A stretch of DNA of 62,555 nucleotides, the filler included, from Choristocarpus tenellus KU-1152 (taxonomy: Eukaryota; Protista; Phaeophyceae), in assembly GCA_964200185.2 (NCBI GenBank). It is 9 parts of 9 records of this genome, joined end to end, with 100 filler letters (N's around TTAATTAATTAA, not from the genome) between each part and the next. Parts side by side here need not be neighbours in the genome. Positions count along the whole stretch, not along the records: positions 1 to 10,841 come from CAXNAD020002677.1; positions 10,942 to 14,663 come from CAXNAD020018304.1; 7 more parts are not named here. One strand, written 5' to 3'. Shown piece after piece: positions 1-12,717 of the stretch. Position 1 is the first letter of the stretch; every line of letters starts with the position of its first letter. The notes below the pieces were generated by a model. It worked only from the letters and a program-made list of their open reading frames with translations, was not told the DNA's origin and ran no database searches. A program made the translations under genes and the position numbers.

Positions 1-1411
1 GGCCCGTCTATCCTTGTACCTTTGACTTGGTCGAGGCCGCTTCCAAATCGTAGCGGTGCCCTCCACAAGCACCGAAATATTTTTTGAACAAAAATATATC
101 CCATTCGTAGCTGGGCCCTTAAAAAGTGCCGGAACATTATTTACAAAAAACAACACATGGGCACTTTCCGCGCACCATTTTGGGTCAAATCCATCCTCCA
201 TAGTATGCTCCATCCCCAATTTTGCTGAGAGGCTGTTTATTGAGGAATATCATTTGACTGATTGTACGTGTCGGTACATTTGGTAAGTGTGGTTTACATA
301 CGAATATAACACATCGTCACTATTGTTCTGATCAGTCTGGGTGAAAAGATAGGTTCCTACAGGACAAATCAGAGTGGGGGATGGTTACCATAATCGGATT
401 CCTTATAAAGAGCAGGCCCTGTTAGATACATCATTGCCAGCAATCCGTCAAGCACAACCCTAAGCGGGTCAAGATGGAGAGAGCAGCCTTCCATACTTGT
501 TGGTACAATCCTCCTGTACAATCACGACTTGTTACATAATATCCACGTATGACTAGAAGACTTTATTCCTCTATAATTTAGTTTTTTTTAGCGAGTGTAC
601 GCACCATCAATGTTGATCGTACCACCTACAAGACACCCTCTTCAAGTTTTTTAGATAGAGTGACAATCTGTCACACTTCCCAAAATGATGGTATCTTAGA
701 TTACCTAGAAAACTATCCTCTGAGATTGTTTCGCCTACTCACTATTTTCGTGTTCTGAAATGGTGTTGATTGTCATTGCCATCTCTGCAATTGTTGGCCT
801 TTCCACCGAGTTTGATTGGCTGTTCCTCCAATTATTTTACAATGCAATCACTACACTATGTCCCATAGTGTCACCCACTTCTCTGGAACCCTTGTCGCAT
901 ACCCCACAAGCTTTAACAAACCTTATTCTTGACCACAAGGAGAGAATCCTTCCACTCTCTGTTCAATATTTTCGTTGATGATGTGCCTGTCGAGACTCTG
1001 CTTTTCCCAAGGATGGCAAGACCACCATTCAACCCCGTTTCCATTTTCTCCTTTCTTTCTGCTGACCTTGTTACTGAGTCAGCTTGTCATCTGTCGGTCT
1101 CCCGCCTTTACTAGTTACACTTTGATGGGCATCCTCACCCTCCACGCTCAACATATGCAGCCTCCCTTCAATGTAATGCTAAATGGTACATACTGTCGTA
1201 CTATTCTTTGTAGTAACACTGTCATATATTATTGGTCGAAGGTCTTATTGTCCCATTTTAAGTTCGACCTTAAAGTGGGCCCCCAATTGTTGTATCAACA
1301 ACAAAGTCCTGAAAAGATACTAACCAAACAAGATATGAAGGTATTTTACACATCTTGAATTGTTCTTCCCGTCCCGTGCCAACCTCCAAAGACCTTGCCC
1401 GGGCTTAGGGG

Positions 1412-3975
1412 ATGGCAGTCTCGGGGCAGATGAGAATTTCTTGGTTGTCTCAGCTGATCACTACATTCGTCACTTTGAGGGCAGGCGTTTCAATCACCCC
1501 CACCAACTTCGTGCATAGTTGCAAGTGGATTTCACCCCAAGAGGGTGATGTGGTAAGTGCAAAAGAGTTGATGGAAAGAGTATTGCGACCTAAGGAAACA
1601 TGCTGGTTTCAGATCGCCAAGAATATCCCTCGGTGATGAGTGCCAGATATTTTCCACTCTCCGCCGACGCTGCTCTCAAACACTCACTACCCCACGGACT
1701 TGGTCTCGATTCCGGTTCTTGCCTCCGAAGAGTAGCTGCTTACGGACAGTCTACTGGTGTCGTTTTACCTCCCACCTGCCTTGCATCTCGAGACTCAACA
1801 ACGGAGCATAGTGTGCCTGCAGCTTGACGGGCCAAGAGGCAAGACCACTTGTGACCGTGCTGATTCCAGCTTAGCTCCACCGAACAGTGCAGGTACCCAT
1901 CTCAGCCTGCTACATGGGATTTCCTCTGGACCCCACACATTGACTGTGAGCATTGTTCAGTCAGAATTCCTCAGAAACATAGATCAGGAACGCTGTGGTC
2001 TTGTTCGTTTTGAGACGGTGCGGCAGGGGAGCTTGGATCCCCCTGGTTGCCCTCTTGTGCGAGCTGCACTTCAACGGACCCGAAGGGTACCTAGAATTGG
2101 TGAGGATAGGCAGGATTGGGAGGGAAAAGTGAAGACCAGCGGAGGGGATGGGCTTGTAGGGTCAGGGGCTGGAGATCCCCGGCGAGTGTTTGACTCATTT
2201 AGCTTCTTCAACGAGATGGACACCCTCCTCGTCCGTCTTGAAGAGCTGGATCCAGTTGTGGAGGCCTTCATTTTGGTGGAAGCTACTCACACACACTCTG
2301 GCAGACCCAAGCCCCTGTACTACCATGAAGAGCTGCAGCAGTTACCTAACAAGTTTGAAAGGTAGGTGATGATCTCATTGATGGACCACACAGAGCAGAT
2401 GCAACAACCTCCCAAATTAATTTAGAGCTGGTTTGATGGTGTTGATGATAATGGAGGCTTCAGCAAAGCAATCCACCCTGCCTCTATTATGTTTTTCAAA
2501 GTTTACTGTTAACTCTTACACCTAACCTTGTCCACGTGCAGAAGTAAGCCTGAGAAATAAACAAAGTGGCACTTCAGGTTCTACGCAGATATATATACAT
2601 ACATACATACAATTTAATTCTCCAGAGCAGTAAATTATGGTCAAATCTGAATGCAGTCTCTCAACAATACTTAACAATGCATTCATATAGTATCTCTATC
2701 AATCGGCTAGAAAGAAAGACGTAATCATGCAGTGAATTAGGGTCATACTCACCTGAAGGGATCCTGCTCCTTCATGCATCCGACACTTGTCGATTGCCCC
2801 ACCCTCTATCAGATTCATCTCCAAGATCGAGCACGTAATTTATGTTCCGCCAGCATCTGCAGATGAGATTACCCGAGAAGCTGCCCAACGTGATGCCCTT
2901 ATTGAAGGGCTGCACCACAGGGGCGCTAGAGCCAGGGACCTTGTTGTTATCGCCGATGTTGACGAAATTCCATCAAGGTACTGTCTTAGTGCCACGAGGA
3001 GTAGGCAGATTTTTTTGAAGCTCTTCTTAATGGCATGTGTGGTTGTTCCAACTGAGCGCATTACTGTCGCATGGGTTTCTGGTGGCTCAATTTGGATCGT
3101 TCCTTCCCAAGCGAGTTGAACTCCCATGTATCCTTACCAATCCCTTTTTTGGCCACTACTGCTGCAATGTGATGCGATATGATGTGATGGAAGATCAACA
3201 CTGGAGACTTTGCAAGACTGTGGCGGACCCTTCCCTGCTCTCCTGCAACAGGCATGGTTCACTTACTTTTTCGACTGGAAAGCGGATATAGCTTGGGGGC
3301 TACCCGGACTAGAAGGTGTTGTGGTCGTAGAGGGTGCCATGCTGCTGGGGTGTGCTACAGGAGATCCCCTAGGGTGCAATCACGGAACAAATGCTCACAC
3401 AGTCACTCCATCTCTGCTTCGACGAATGTTCAGAGAGGAAAATTATCCAGTCACTCTTGCTGCTGCTGCTGCTGCTGCTTCTGAGGTTACGACTGAGCAG
3501 GAGCAGGATGGGAGCTGGTGAGGGTTTTGAGGACACTGAGTTGAGCTTCGTGGTGGAACGAATTGTATTGTTGATTGTGGTTTGCCACTTACTACACTAT
3601 GCTGCTCATGTTCCTCTTTCACATTGGTTGAAGCACATGTACATGCTCTGAACTACTTTGAAGTACATGTACATGTTTCACACGTACAACTACGATCCCC
3701 CCCTTCTCCTTTGTCTTCAACATTCTCTCCCATTGTCCTTGCCTGCAACAGCAACCCACTCCATGTCACCGTGGTGGGAGATGCTGGGTGGCACATGTCA
3801 TCCTTTGGAGGCATAGAGAGGGTGCGCGAGAGGCTCCGATCATGCATCCCCCTTCAGTTCGGCACAGACTTCTACACTGATCCTGCACGTCTAGAGAGGT
3901 GAAAAAACTAGCGTTGCTGATCGCAAGGATTATTGATTCAGTCAAGAGGGTTTGTTTTTTTCAAAGCATGGAGCA

Positions 3976-4013
<38 letters not shown>

Positions 4014-7000
4014 TAAAATAATAAAAAAAAGATTGTAATTGGAAAATTATTGAGTAGTCACGACTCACCTTGATTGTTGTCCCAACGCTTCAATTTGATC
4101 AAAAGGTAAATTGAAAAAACCCAGCTATTTGAGCGGGCATACTTGTTCTAAAATAGATTATATCGATTCACAACTCAAGAACATCCCCCGGCGTCTCTCT
4201 CAGGAAACTCTCTGCTCGTTGCCTTGGCAAAGTGAATGATGGTGCCCAACAAAGTGAATTTCTGCTCGGGGTAGAACTCACAATTCCAACAGGCAGCCCT
4301 GTTGATTGATGTCTAGGGAATGTGTTGCCCAGTTACTATTAGTGGAACATGAACTATATTTTTTTCGTGTTGTTAATTGGTTGGATGGAGCAACCCACAG
4401 TCTCCTCAAATCTTGTTTTGAGAATAGGAGAAGGCATAGCTCATGGACTGATATATGACGCACCTGACCTCAATGATTCTACTTTGCGTTGCTATTTTCC
4501 TTCTCACAATAGTCTCAAAACAATCCACATCATACACCGTACATGACCCATAGTGTCCTAATGGGGTGGGGGGTGTTTAGACCAATTCGTCTATTCAGGG
4601 TTTGATGGGGTGATTCAAAACATCCCAGAGTTTGATGCCATTTTTAGTGAGCCATTTTCCTTTGGATTTTGTTCAGGCAGGGGGATGGAAAAGGAAGGCC
4701 CGCACAGAAAAAGGGAGTTGCCCTTACATCTGAAATGTTTTACTCAAATGAGATGAAGATCACTGCAGGTTTACAAAGGCCTCAAATGGACGACAGACTC
4801 TCCTTGTTGCTAGGATAATATGGGCCCTTGTTATTGCACTATGATCAGTGGTTTCAGAAGGATATTTTTTGGAAGGGGTTTAGTGGTTGCATCTAGGAAA
4901 ATACAGATTTCCATCTACCAAGAAATAGGAGATTGGCAGAGAGGTGAGGCCTTTTGATTTATGTTGTCTAGTAGTATGGGTAGTTCGACATGTACCATGC
5001 ATCATGTCACCAACTAAGCCACCACCTATTTGAAGAACCAGCTATAACTGAACAAATGATAACTTGCTGTGAAGAGGATACCAATGAACAACCCCATCGC
5101 TCTCAGCACACACACACACTCCCACACACAAACATGCGGGAATATATATTGGAGAATATACTCACGGCTGTACCTTTTTGTGTCAATTTTGATTCCGAAT
5201 TCTAAAAATTTCTTGTGACGAGGAACCCTCAGACGGATCCATCTCGGTTGGGTTTCAGAGGCAACACATGAGAAACGGCGTTGGTTTCAGCACTCTTGAA
5301 GACTTTGCAACCCAAAGACCTTCCGAGAAGAGATCAAGATGCCTTTTTTCTTGAGCTTCCTAGGCAAGGAGGGCACGCTATCATGTTTTCTTTTTTGGGG
5401 AGTAGAAGAACTATCCCGACATTATATATATAAGAAAAGATCATACCACAGAATAAAGGCTGCTTACCTCTCCCTTCACTTTTTCTCAGGGCTGCTTTCT
5501 ACCCAAACTTTGTTCTTGTTTTCTGTTGCTTTGTTCATTCCACTTGAATGTGCTCGTCTTATTTTTTTTCTATAAAGGCTCCTGATGAGCGGTGTTGCAA
5601 CATGGGAGATGCTTGGAATTGACAGCAAGGAGGAGGGTGTTTTTGAACGCTGGGTGCCACGCGCCGAAGAGCTCCCTCTTTACGTGGTACAACATCAAGG
5701 GGAGAGTGGGGTGTCAGGCATGTTTCTTCCTTCCTCCTCCTCCTCCTCCAATAACAATAGTAACAATGCTTTTAATTGGTCTTCTTCTTCTTTTTCTTCT
5801 TCTTCTTTTTCTTCTTCTTCTTCTTCTTCATCATCTTCTTCTTCCCTTCCAAGCAATGAGGTAAAGCGGCTCGAAGCATTGAGGGCATTTGAACTCCGCC
5901 AAGACCTAACGAGGGCCAAGCTTGAGGACAAAGTAGGGTATACCTTACATGCGCGGTCCAAGGGGGCATCAGAGAGGCATGCTAGGGAGGTCATGCTGGA
6001 GGTATGTATGCATGTATGTATGTACATCAACCAAAATGGTCTCGACCTACATACATCTAGCCCTATAGAGAGTTGGGTGAAGGGAGGAGGCTATATGCAT
6101 GATCTCAATGCGTACCCAGCAACATTGAGTCAATGTGAAGGAGAGGTACCCAGAGTTGCACTTTAAGGATCCCCACAAATATGTGCGAAATTCGTCTATT
6201 TTTACAAACTCGTTTCTGAATTGTGTTGATTTTTTTCAAACAATAGAGACATTAACTCTCTCATGACTCAAAGTATCTCAGAGGGTAGAGTCGTGTCCGT
6301 TCGGGACCAAAATCCAATGTTGTGACTTTGATCTAATTTTGGCCATCATGATTGTTTGGAAGTGTCATTATCCTTGTTCCGGACACACCTTTTCATAACG
6401 TATACATTTTACCTACGCAAAAACATTTGAAAGTGGGAAAAATGTCATAAAAAACCCGCGGGAAGCCAATCGCCAATACGGACAAACAGGGCAAAACTTG
6501 TACCCTAACCCTAAGATACTCTTACTCTCATGTCAAACTTAGCACTTCTTCATCCATAGAAATATGAATGAATAACGGAAGATTAAAAATTGGCTTGAAA
6601 TGCAAAATGACCGTAACCTGGGTACCTCTTGTTCACTTCGGCTCATTTTTATTTCTGTTTTTTTGGGGGGGTACAAGAAGCAAAGGAGGCAAAACCTTTG
6701 ATTTTATGTGTCTGGGTTATTATAGTACGAGATACTCCAGTACTTTCAAGTGTGCATGCACATCATGAGTAGTAAGTGTCTCTTTGAGGACATTTCCCAT
6801 GTATCGATTTCATGGGCACTAGGGTGGGAGTGATTACGCTGCTGTGCTTATGTGACGTTTTTGTTGATGAGTGATTCTACGTGGTTGTTACAAGGTGTTA
6901 CAAATTGAGTGAAAAATCGAAGAGGGGGATCGAGTTTGGCCCTGTTGAGTTTCAAGACCTTTTTGAGGTTTGTGCAACATACACCATACCCATGCCTGAA

Positions 7001-9313
7001 GTGAACCCACCCAGTTGTGAACACATCCTTACCCGAAACCACCCTCCACAATGCTCAAAGCAAAACTATTGTAGGGCAGTCATTGCGGCCCTTACAACTC
7101 AAGGACGTCTCCCTCCTAGATAGTATCACCAAGTGCTGATGCTATCAAGCGATTTTGATTCGTTGCATGCCCCTGCATTGCACATACCTCTGTTGCCTTC
7201 CTATAGGTATGATACATTTTGTAGATCATACATGTGTGCATACTTCGAAAAGTAGTGGGACTAAATTAACCCAATGTCGGCACGGATTTTCGAATTGTAT
7301 GTGTCTGGTAGAAAGACAACATAGTATTTGAAAAATCAACTTATCGGATGAATTATTGGGGATCGTAGGGGGGATCCTGCATACTCACAGTAGAAATGTG
7401 TGTGAAAGACTTGTAGAAAGTAGAAGGTGGTCTCAATAATGTCCAGCTCAGACTCTATGTGAAGCTAAGCCATATGTAAATATTGCAATGCATATTGTGA
7501 GCAACGGTATACTGTGAATAACAGTACACTGCGAGTACCTCCATGGTTTGTCCTTGGACAGAACAATATGGTGTTGTGGAAGGGAATTTGGAGTGGAGAT
7601 ATTTTCTCCAGGTATCAATGTTGTTATGTAAGGTACACACAGCATAAGCAATGCCCTCCTCCCTCCTGATGCAGTAGTTCACTCTGCTCTCAGCAGGTAT
7701 GTGCTCGTGATGAAGACTCACCTTGAGCCTTTGCAAAGCTGTAAGATTGAACTATAGGTGCAGCTCATGGCTCTTGCGTGGACAACTGATGCACACCCGT
7801 TTGACAGTATCCTTGTGTCCTTGCGCGCGCAAGAAGAGTCAAAGTATCTTAGAGGGTAGAGCTGTGTCCAAGATCCAATGTTGCGATTTTGATGTAATTT
7901 CGGTCATTGTGTTTGTTACGAAGTGACAATATCCTTGTTCCAGACAAACCTTTTCATACTGTATACATTTTACATACTCCGAAACATTTCAAAGTAGGAA
8001 AAATGTCATAAAAAACCCGTGAGAAGCCAAGCCCCAAATGGACAAACAGGGCAAAACTTTCACTCAGAAGGGGCATGTTCTACCAATAGTGCTCATCCAA
8101 GAAAGGAAAGATGAAAACGCTCAATTGAGTCTTTTACTTGCTAACAGACCACTTCACTCCTCTATCGGAAACACCATGATGAATACTCTATTTTGAAAAT
8201 ATGGTTTAAAGACATCTGCTCCATTGTCAGACTATCCAGTACATAATGCCATTTTTTTTTGTGCAAGGATGTTGAGATCAAGATCTCTAAGAAATAAGAT
8301 TTTTTTGTTGCTTTTCTAACGATTCACTGTGTATGTGGTGTCCGCTCTTTGTCCGTAACATCCACATGCATCTCAATAAAGTGCACTGTGGTTGGCCTCT
8401 TGCCAACGAGTTGTGAAGCAGTAGCATAAACACTGGGAGAGTATTTTTTCAAAGTTTTCCTTCAATACGGAGGACTCTCTATTTGTTCGATTTGTCCCAG
8501 AATTAGGCTTTTTGTCTTACAGATCCGGGGCAGAATCTTCTATTCCATTGATTCAAAAATATTAGAAAAAAATATGAAAAGAGACGGTTTGGTATGGTAC
8601 CGTACCATCAAACCACATTCTGTTCGCCCCATCCCTATGTATATTTCAATACTTGTGAGGTAGAGGGATCCTTCCTTTGAATCTGGAACAATTCCAGGCA
8701 GAGCTTGAAATTGATGTCTTTGCTATCTCAACGTGATTTCTTTTCTTCGCAAGTGCTACTGTAGTGACATGCCTGTAATAAGTTAGGATTTCTTAGGGTC
8801 AGGGCTGGGGGTTGCATTTTCTTGCACTTTTTTTTCCCCCGGAAAAATGCATCATTTCAACGAAATATTCGGTCAAGACCACTCTTAGAATCGTCTTTTT
8901 GTTCTTTTTCTTTCGTTCAGGTGGATTGCCAGCAGGAAAATTACGCGGAAGCTACAATGCGACTCTGCCAGTCAATACAAGGAAACCCCAACTGCCTCTC
9001 TGCACTGGAGCCTGCTGTTGACCTCGCACGCAAGCGGTGCTTGCATGGTGGCCATCATACCACAGTAGTTCAAGTACCTATTGACGTAGACACAAGGAGG
9101 TACTTAGAGGTGGAGCTGGATGGGGTTGATGTGGTTATCGCTGCTTGGTCAGAGGGGGAAGTTGATGGGGCATGTCGAGAGGTGTGTAGCATTCAGCTCC
9201 TCGAGGAAGAGGTTTGTGACAGGCTAGTGGTGGCCGTGAGAGAGGGCATGGGGTGGTCAGGTTTGCCCATAGAGCGCCACCAAGGAAAGGAGGACGTAGG
9301 AGTAACGCGATGA
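1412..9313 (+). CDS. Glycosyltransferase family 17 (MGAT3/GnT-III-like) protein with N- and C-terminal accessory regions; 7 exons: 1412-1552, ~1736(or 1823)-2361, 2813-2977, 3194-3517, 3752-3898, 5578-6001, 8921-9313
   Basis: GT17 motifs appear in order across exons: RRVFDSFSFFNEMDTLLVRLEELDPVVEAFILVEATHTHSGRPKPLYY; REAAQRDAL...DLVVIADVDEIPSR (DxD motif); YFFDW; DAGWHMSSF; LPLYVV. All junctions are GT-AG with compatible phases (0,2,2,2,2,0) and the stop is TGA at 9311-9313. The first exon and the exon-2 acceptor are less certain. Confidence 0.88.
3978..4009. repeat. (AAT)n microsatellite in a GT17 intron
   Basis: About 10 AAT units read directly. Confidence 0.95.
5728..5845 (+). repeat. Coding (TCC)n/(TCT)n microsatellite encoding poly-Ser in GT17 exon 6
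   Basis: In-frame run SSSSSSNNNSNNAFNWSSSSFSSSSFSSSSSSSSSSSS. Confidence 0.9.
6127..6644 (+). mobile_element. MITE family C (PIF/Harbinger-like), interrupted by a nested family B copy
   Basis: Imperfect ~27-bp TIRs GAGTCAATGTGAAGGAGAGGTACCCAG ... CTGGGTACCTCTTGTTCACTTCGGCTC flanked by a 3-bp ATT duplication. A related sequence lies on the minus strand at 45976-46143. Confidence 0.8.
6265..6527 (+). mobile_element. MITE family B copy nested inside the family C element
   Basis: Starts GACTCAAAGTATCTCAGAGGGTAGAG, aligns by eye along its length with 47247-47499, and ends ...CTAAGATACTCTTACTC. Flanks share CAT/TCAT. Confidence 0.85.
7836..8060 (+). mobile_element. MITE family B copy lacking the right TIR
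   Basis: Starts GAGTCAAAGTATCTTAGAGGGTAGAG and follows the family B sequence up to GGACAAACAGGGCAAAACTT. Confidence 0.85.
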
Positions 9314-10820
9314 GTGTCCGTAGTGGCTGTGTGTCAAGGGGATTCATGCCATCCTGCGTTGTTTTTTTCATGAGGTGGAAGTTTGGTGTTGAGCAACCAG
9401 GGTGGCCATCTCAAGGCAGCGTTGTGTGCCATCCTTCCTAATTTAATCCATTCTTGGATTTGAGACTTGTGGTAGATTGGGGGCCGCATCTTTGCGCAAT
9501 CTGTCGTGCTTTACTCTCAAGTATGTTTAACTCCGAGTATCAAAGAGACAATATTGTAGTATTTACTATTCTACACGTAATTTCGAAGTACAGCATATAT
9601 CCACCGAATTTTTCAAAACAACGAAAACTGCGACTGAGTATATGATAACTCGATAGTAGTAGGACAATTAAAAAATGTTGAGGGGACAGGGGATATTGCA
9701 GGGCAAGCGTATCTCATCAGCTGAAATATGGCATAAAGGATGTCATTATTACTTCGTAGCATAGTTTGCGCCTCAGAATATCGTTGATGATAAAAAACCG
9801 AAAGGTTTGGAGAGTACAGACTAAGTGGTCAACTTCAACTTTTATCACTTAGTGTCCCAAATCGAAAAGGCTTGGATGAATAGTTCAGACTAAACAGTCT
9901 CAAGAACGCTTGATGTGCTCAATCATGATCAGAGGAAAGCACATGAAGCGGTGAGTGCAGGTTGGGCTCTGAGATGAAAACTTCAACAAAACATGCATCA
10001 CGAATTATAAGGGCAACAATATACCCAACTGAACCTAACCACTCGAATTTCAATATCAAGTATCTTCGATTCAGTTGAATCATAGCAATTTAGCAGTGAT
10101 CTGATCACCATAATTCACATGAACTATTACAGTGGTGTTGTTACTTTTGTATCATGTCATTCCTAATATTTCATGGTTGCCAATTTGGCCTTCTTTGCAT
10201 GGATGAAAGTCACTTTTTTTTTTCTACCAATAGTAGCGTTAGGACAGTAGGTACTACAATGTTGCACGGAGTATGGCACATTTCATGGCCAGTCCGTGGA
10301 AGGATTTTCACTTCAGATATCAGACGTTCATCCAACCTTGGACATGTTGTTCTCGAAAAGGAATCAAAAGACAAGCATCACATACGTATGTGTGCGCTGT
10401 GTACTCACAGGAATCTACCCCCTCTCATGATAGTAAGCGGAAAATCCTGGTGCCTAGCAAAAACTGTTACGTTTACCAATGGTACACGGCGTACAACAGC
10501 AAGAATACCAACACTGCTTCAACATAACAATAATATCCTACATAATATATGTACGTATTTATATATTATGGAGTTTGAAGCACATGATTGCATTAAAGAA
10601 TGTGATGAGGGAAGGTACCATGTAGTATAATACTACTCATATTTCTCGATATTTTTTTTGTGAAAAGTTACCCAACGCGCCATATCTCTGCACTGCACAG
10701 TTGGCATTTATAAAATGTAAAGGTCTAATGCACTCTCTACGTTATATTTGTGTTGCGTTATGATATGAACTGGAAGGTGTTGTAATTAGTCCCTCTTTGG
10801 TTCTGGCCTCCAGTACTAAT

Positions 10821-10841
10821 GGGTCAAAGTATCTGGGGGGG
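10821..10841. mobile_element. MITE family A terminus cut by the contig end
   Basis: AAT|GGGTCAAAGTATCTGGGGGGG immediately before the N linker. Confidence 0.8.
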
Positions 10842-10941
10842 NNNNNNNNNNNNNNNNNNNNNNNNNNNNNNNNNNNNNNNNNNNNTTAATTAATTAANNN
10901 NNNNNNNNNNNNNNNNNNNNNNNNNNNNNNNNNNNNNNNNN
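10842..10941. other. Artificial 100-nt contig linker (N-run, TTAATTAATTAA, N-run); the same linker recurs at 14664-14763, 20950-21049, 27301-27400, 33867-33966, 38812-38911, 42571-42670 and 54382-54481
   Basis: Eight 100-nt blocks of identical layout carrying the palindromic six-frame-stop spacer TTAATTAATTAA. Confidence 0.97.
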
Positions 10942-10952
10942 GGGGAGGGGGT

Positions 10953-11001
<49 letters not shown>

Positions 11002-11340
11002 GGGGGGGGTGAGGTTGCTTTGCAGAGACAGTCAGGTCTCTTGTGCAGGCCGTGAGATGTCAAAAAAATAAATGCTACGGAGGTGAGGGGGAAGAAGAAA
11101 AAAATATATATATATGTATCACGCACACAATTGTCCCGAGTAGGTACTGACATCATCAACAGGAATATGGATGAAACAAGTAAGTGGAGCTAGTATGGCA
11201 ACCACTAATGTCTCAACGCTTAGAGAGATAGCATTTGTCCACCCTTTCCCCTTTGTGTGAATGCTGCATTCCCTTGATTCCCCCTCCCCCCCCTCCCCAA
11301 ATTAAAAAAAAAAAAAACGCCATCCATGTCGGTTGTGCAG

Positions 11341-12717
11341 GCCTGGTGTGAACAACATGCTGGTCGTCACACCTTCACTCTCCATGACCTACATGCTGCG
11401 ATGGCGTTTGCCGCCCTGGGAAGCCTTTCCGATGCTAGTGACCATAACGATGCCTTGATGTGGCAGATGCGAGCAGAGGACCTCATCCAGTCCATGGGCG
11501 TGTATGCATCTTCAGGAGGGCGTAATCTGGGCGGAAGTCCTGGTGTTGGGACTGGAAACGGAGCTAAGTCTGGGATGAGAACCGGGACTGGGACTGGGAC
11601 TGGGACTGACTTGGAAATGGAGGGGATCGCAGAAGCGAGTGGAGGGACTGAAGACGCTGGCAATATGTTTCAGGAGGAGGCATTGGAAGAGAGGGGAGAA
11701 GTGGAAGCGACATGGGGTGTGGCACAGGCGTTCAGACCTGTCCCTCTTCATTCTGTCCCTCTTGGGCTAGGGTCAGGGAGCAAGGCAAAGGAACAAGGAT
11801 TGCCGGACAATGTGTGGGTGGCGGAGCACTTGGGGATTTCACTCTGTAAGGGAATGATGGCATATAAGCAGGTAGGCGGTGTGAATAGTAGTCTGGTCTT
11901 CTACAAGTGAGTGTGAAAGCATACCCATCTGTTATTTTTTTGTGAGCGCAAAGGCACAAAAATGAGGCTGTAAGGTCGTGTTAGTGCGGTTCTCTTGTCC
12001 TTAAATTTGATATCCACATTTGCCATCACCCTCTGCACCCCTCCTCGCCCATCCCAGGCTAACCCCAAACCTAACAGTGAAATACAAAGCATGCCTAACA
12101 AGTACTGCTAGCACTCTCCGAACCTGCCCCCTGCCCCCCCACCTCCTGAATTCCGCAGGGTGACTATGAGAGGGCGGTTGAGCTTCTCCTCCCCCTTCGA
12201 TACCACATCTCCTCATTGGGAGGGACCAGGGCACAGCGAGATGTGATCAACCTCACCCTGATGGATGCATCGATGCGTCTTAAAGACCAGGTTGGTGGAG
12301 CTTCCCCCTTTTTCTATTGCGTGTACCCTTCATCCTGCCTTGAAGTTGAAGTTGAAGTTACAGTACCGTCCCCCCTGCACATGACAACCTTCTTTCCCCC
12401 TCCCCCGCGCACTGTTGCTGTATCCTCCCTTGCATCTCTCATCAATCTCGTCCGGTGGCATACCATCTCCTCCTGCATTCGATCACCTCTTGCTTGGTGA
12501 AACACACGGGTACATGTGCACCTTTTCACAAATGCACTCGCAGTCATTAGCGCTTACGCTTGTGGCAGAGAGGCGGTCTCTGCGACCTGGGAGTGGTAGG
12601 GCATGGGAGGCGTACGCTGCCATTATGGAGCGGACAGGGAATGCTGAAGAGGCGTTTGAGGCACATAAAGTGGCCTTTCAGCTGGGCATTGGGCAGAGTG
12701 GGTTTGGTGCAGGCTAA
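11341..12717 (+). CDS. TTC38: TTC38-like tetratricopeptide repeat protein, last 3 exons (11341-11871, 12159-12290, 12544-12717); 5' part missing
   Basis: HTFTLHDLHAAMA; GDYERAVELLLPLRYHISSLGGTRAQRDVINLTLMDA (TTC38 IGGSxAQRD motif); LVAERRSLRPGS. Phase-0 GT-AG junctions and a TAA stop. Confidence 0.85.

Noticed and set aside
5592-6030. Poly-Leu, poly-Glu and poly-Lys ORFs in alternative frames and strands
   Set aside because: They are shadows of the poly-Ser microsatellite in GT17 exon 6.
6881-7123. ORF CYKLSEKSKRGIEFGPVEFQDLFE as an extra GT17 exon
   Set aside because: Exon 6 ends in phase 0, which at the nearby AG gives an early stop. The 8921 exon joins cleanly without it.
10886-10897. 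Recurrent palindrome TTAATTAATTAA as a biological motif
   Set aside because: It is always centred in a 100-nt N block and is an artificial six-frame-stop contig spacer.
10942-11010. ~65-nt poly-G tract and poly-Pro ORF
   Set aside because: It lies at a contig edge, where homopolymer length is unreliable. No coding support.
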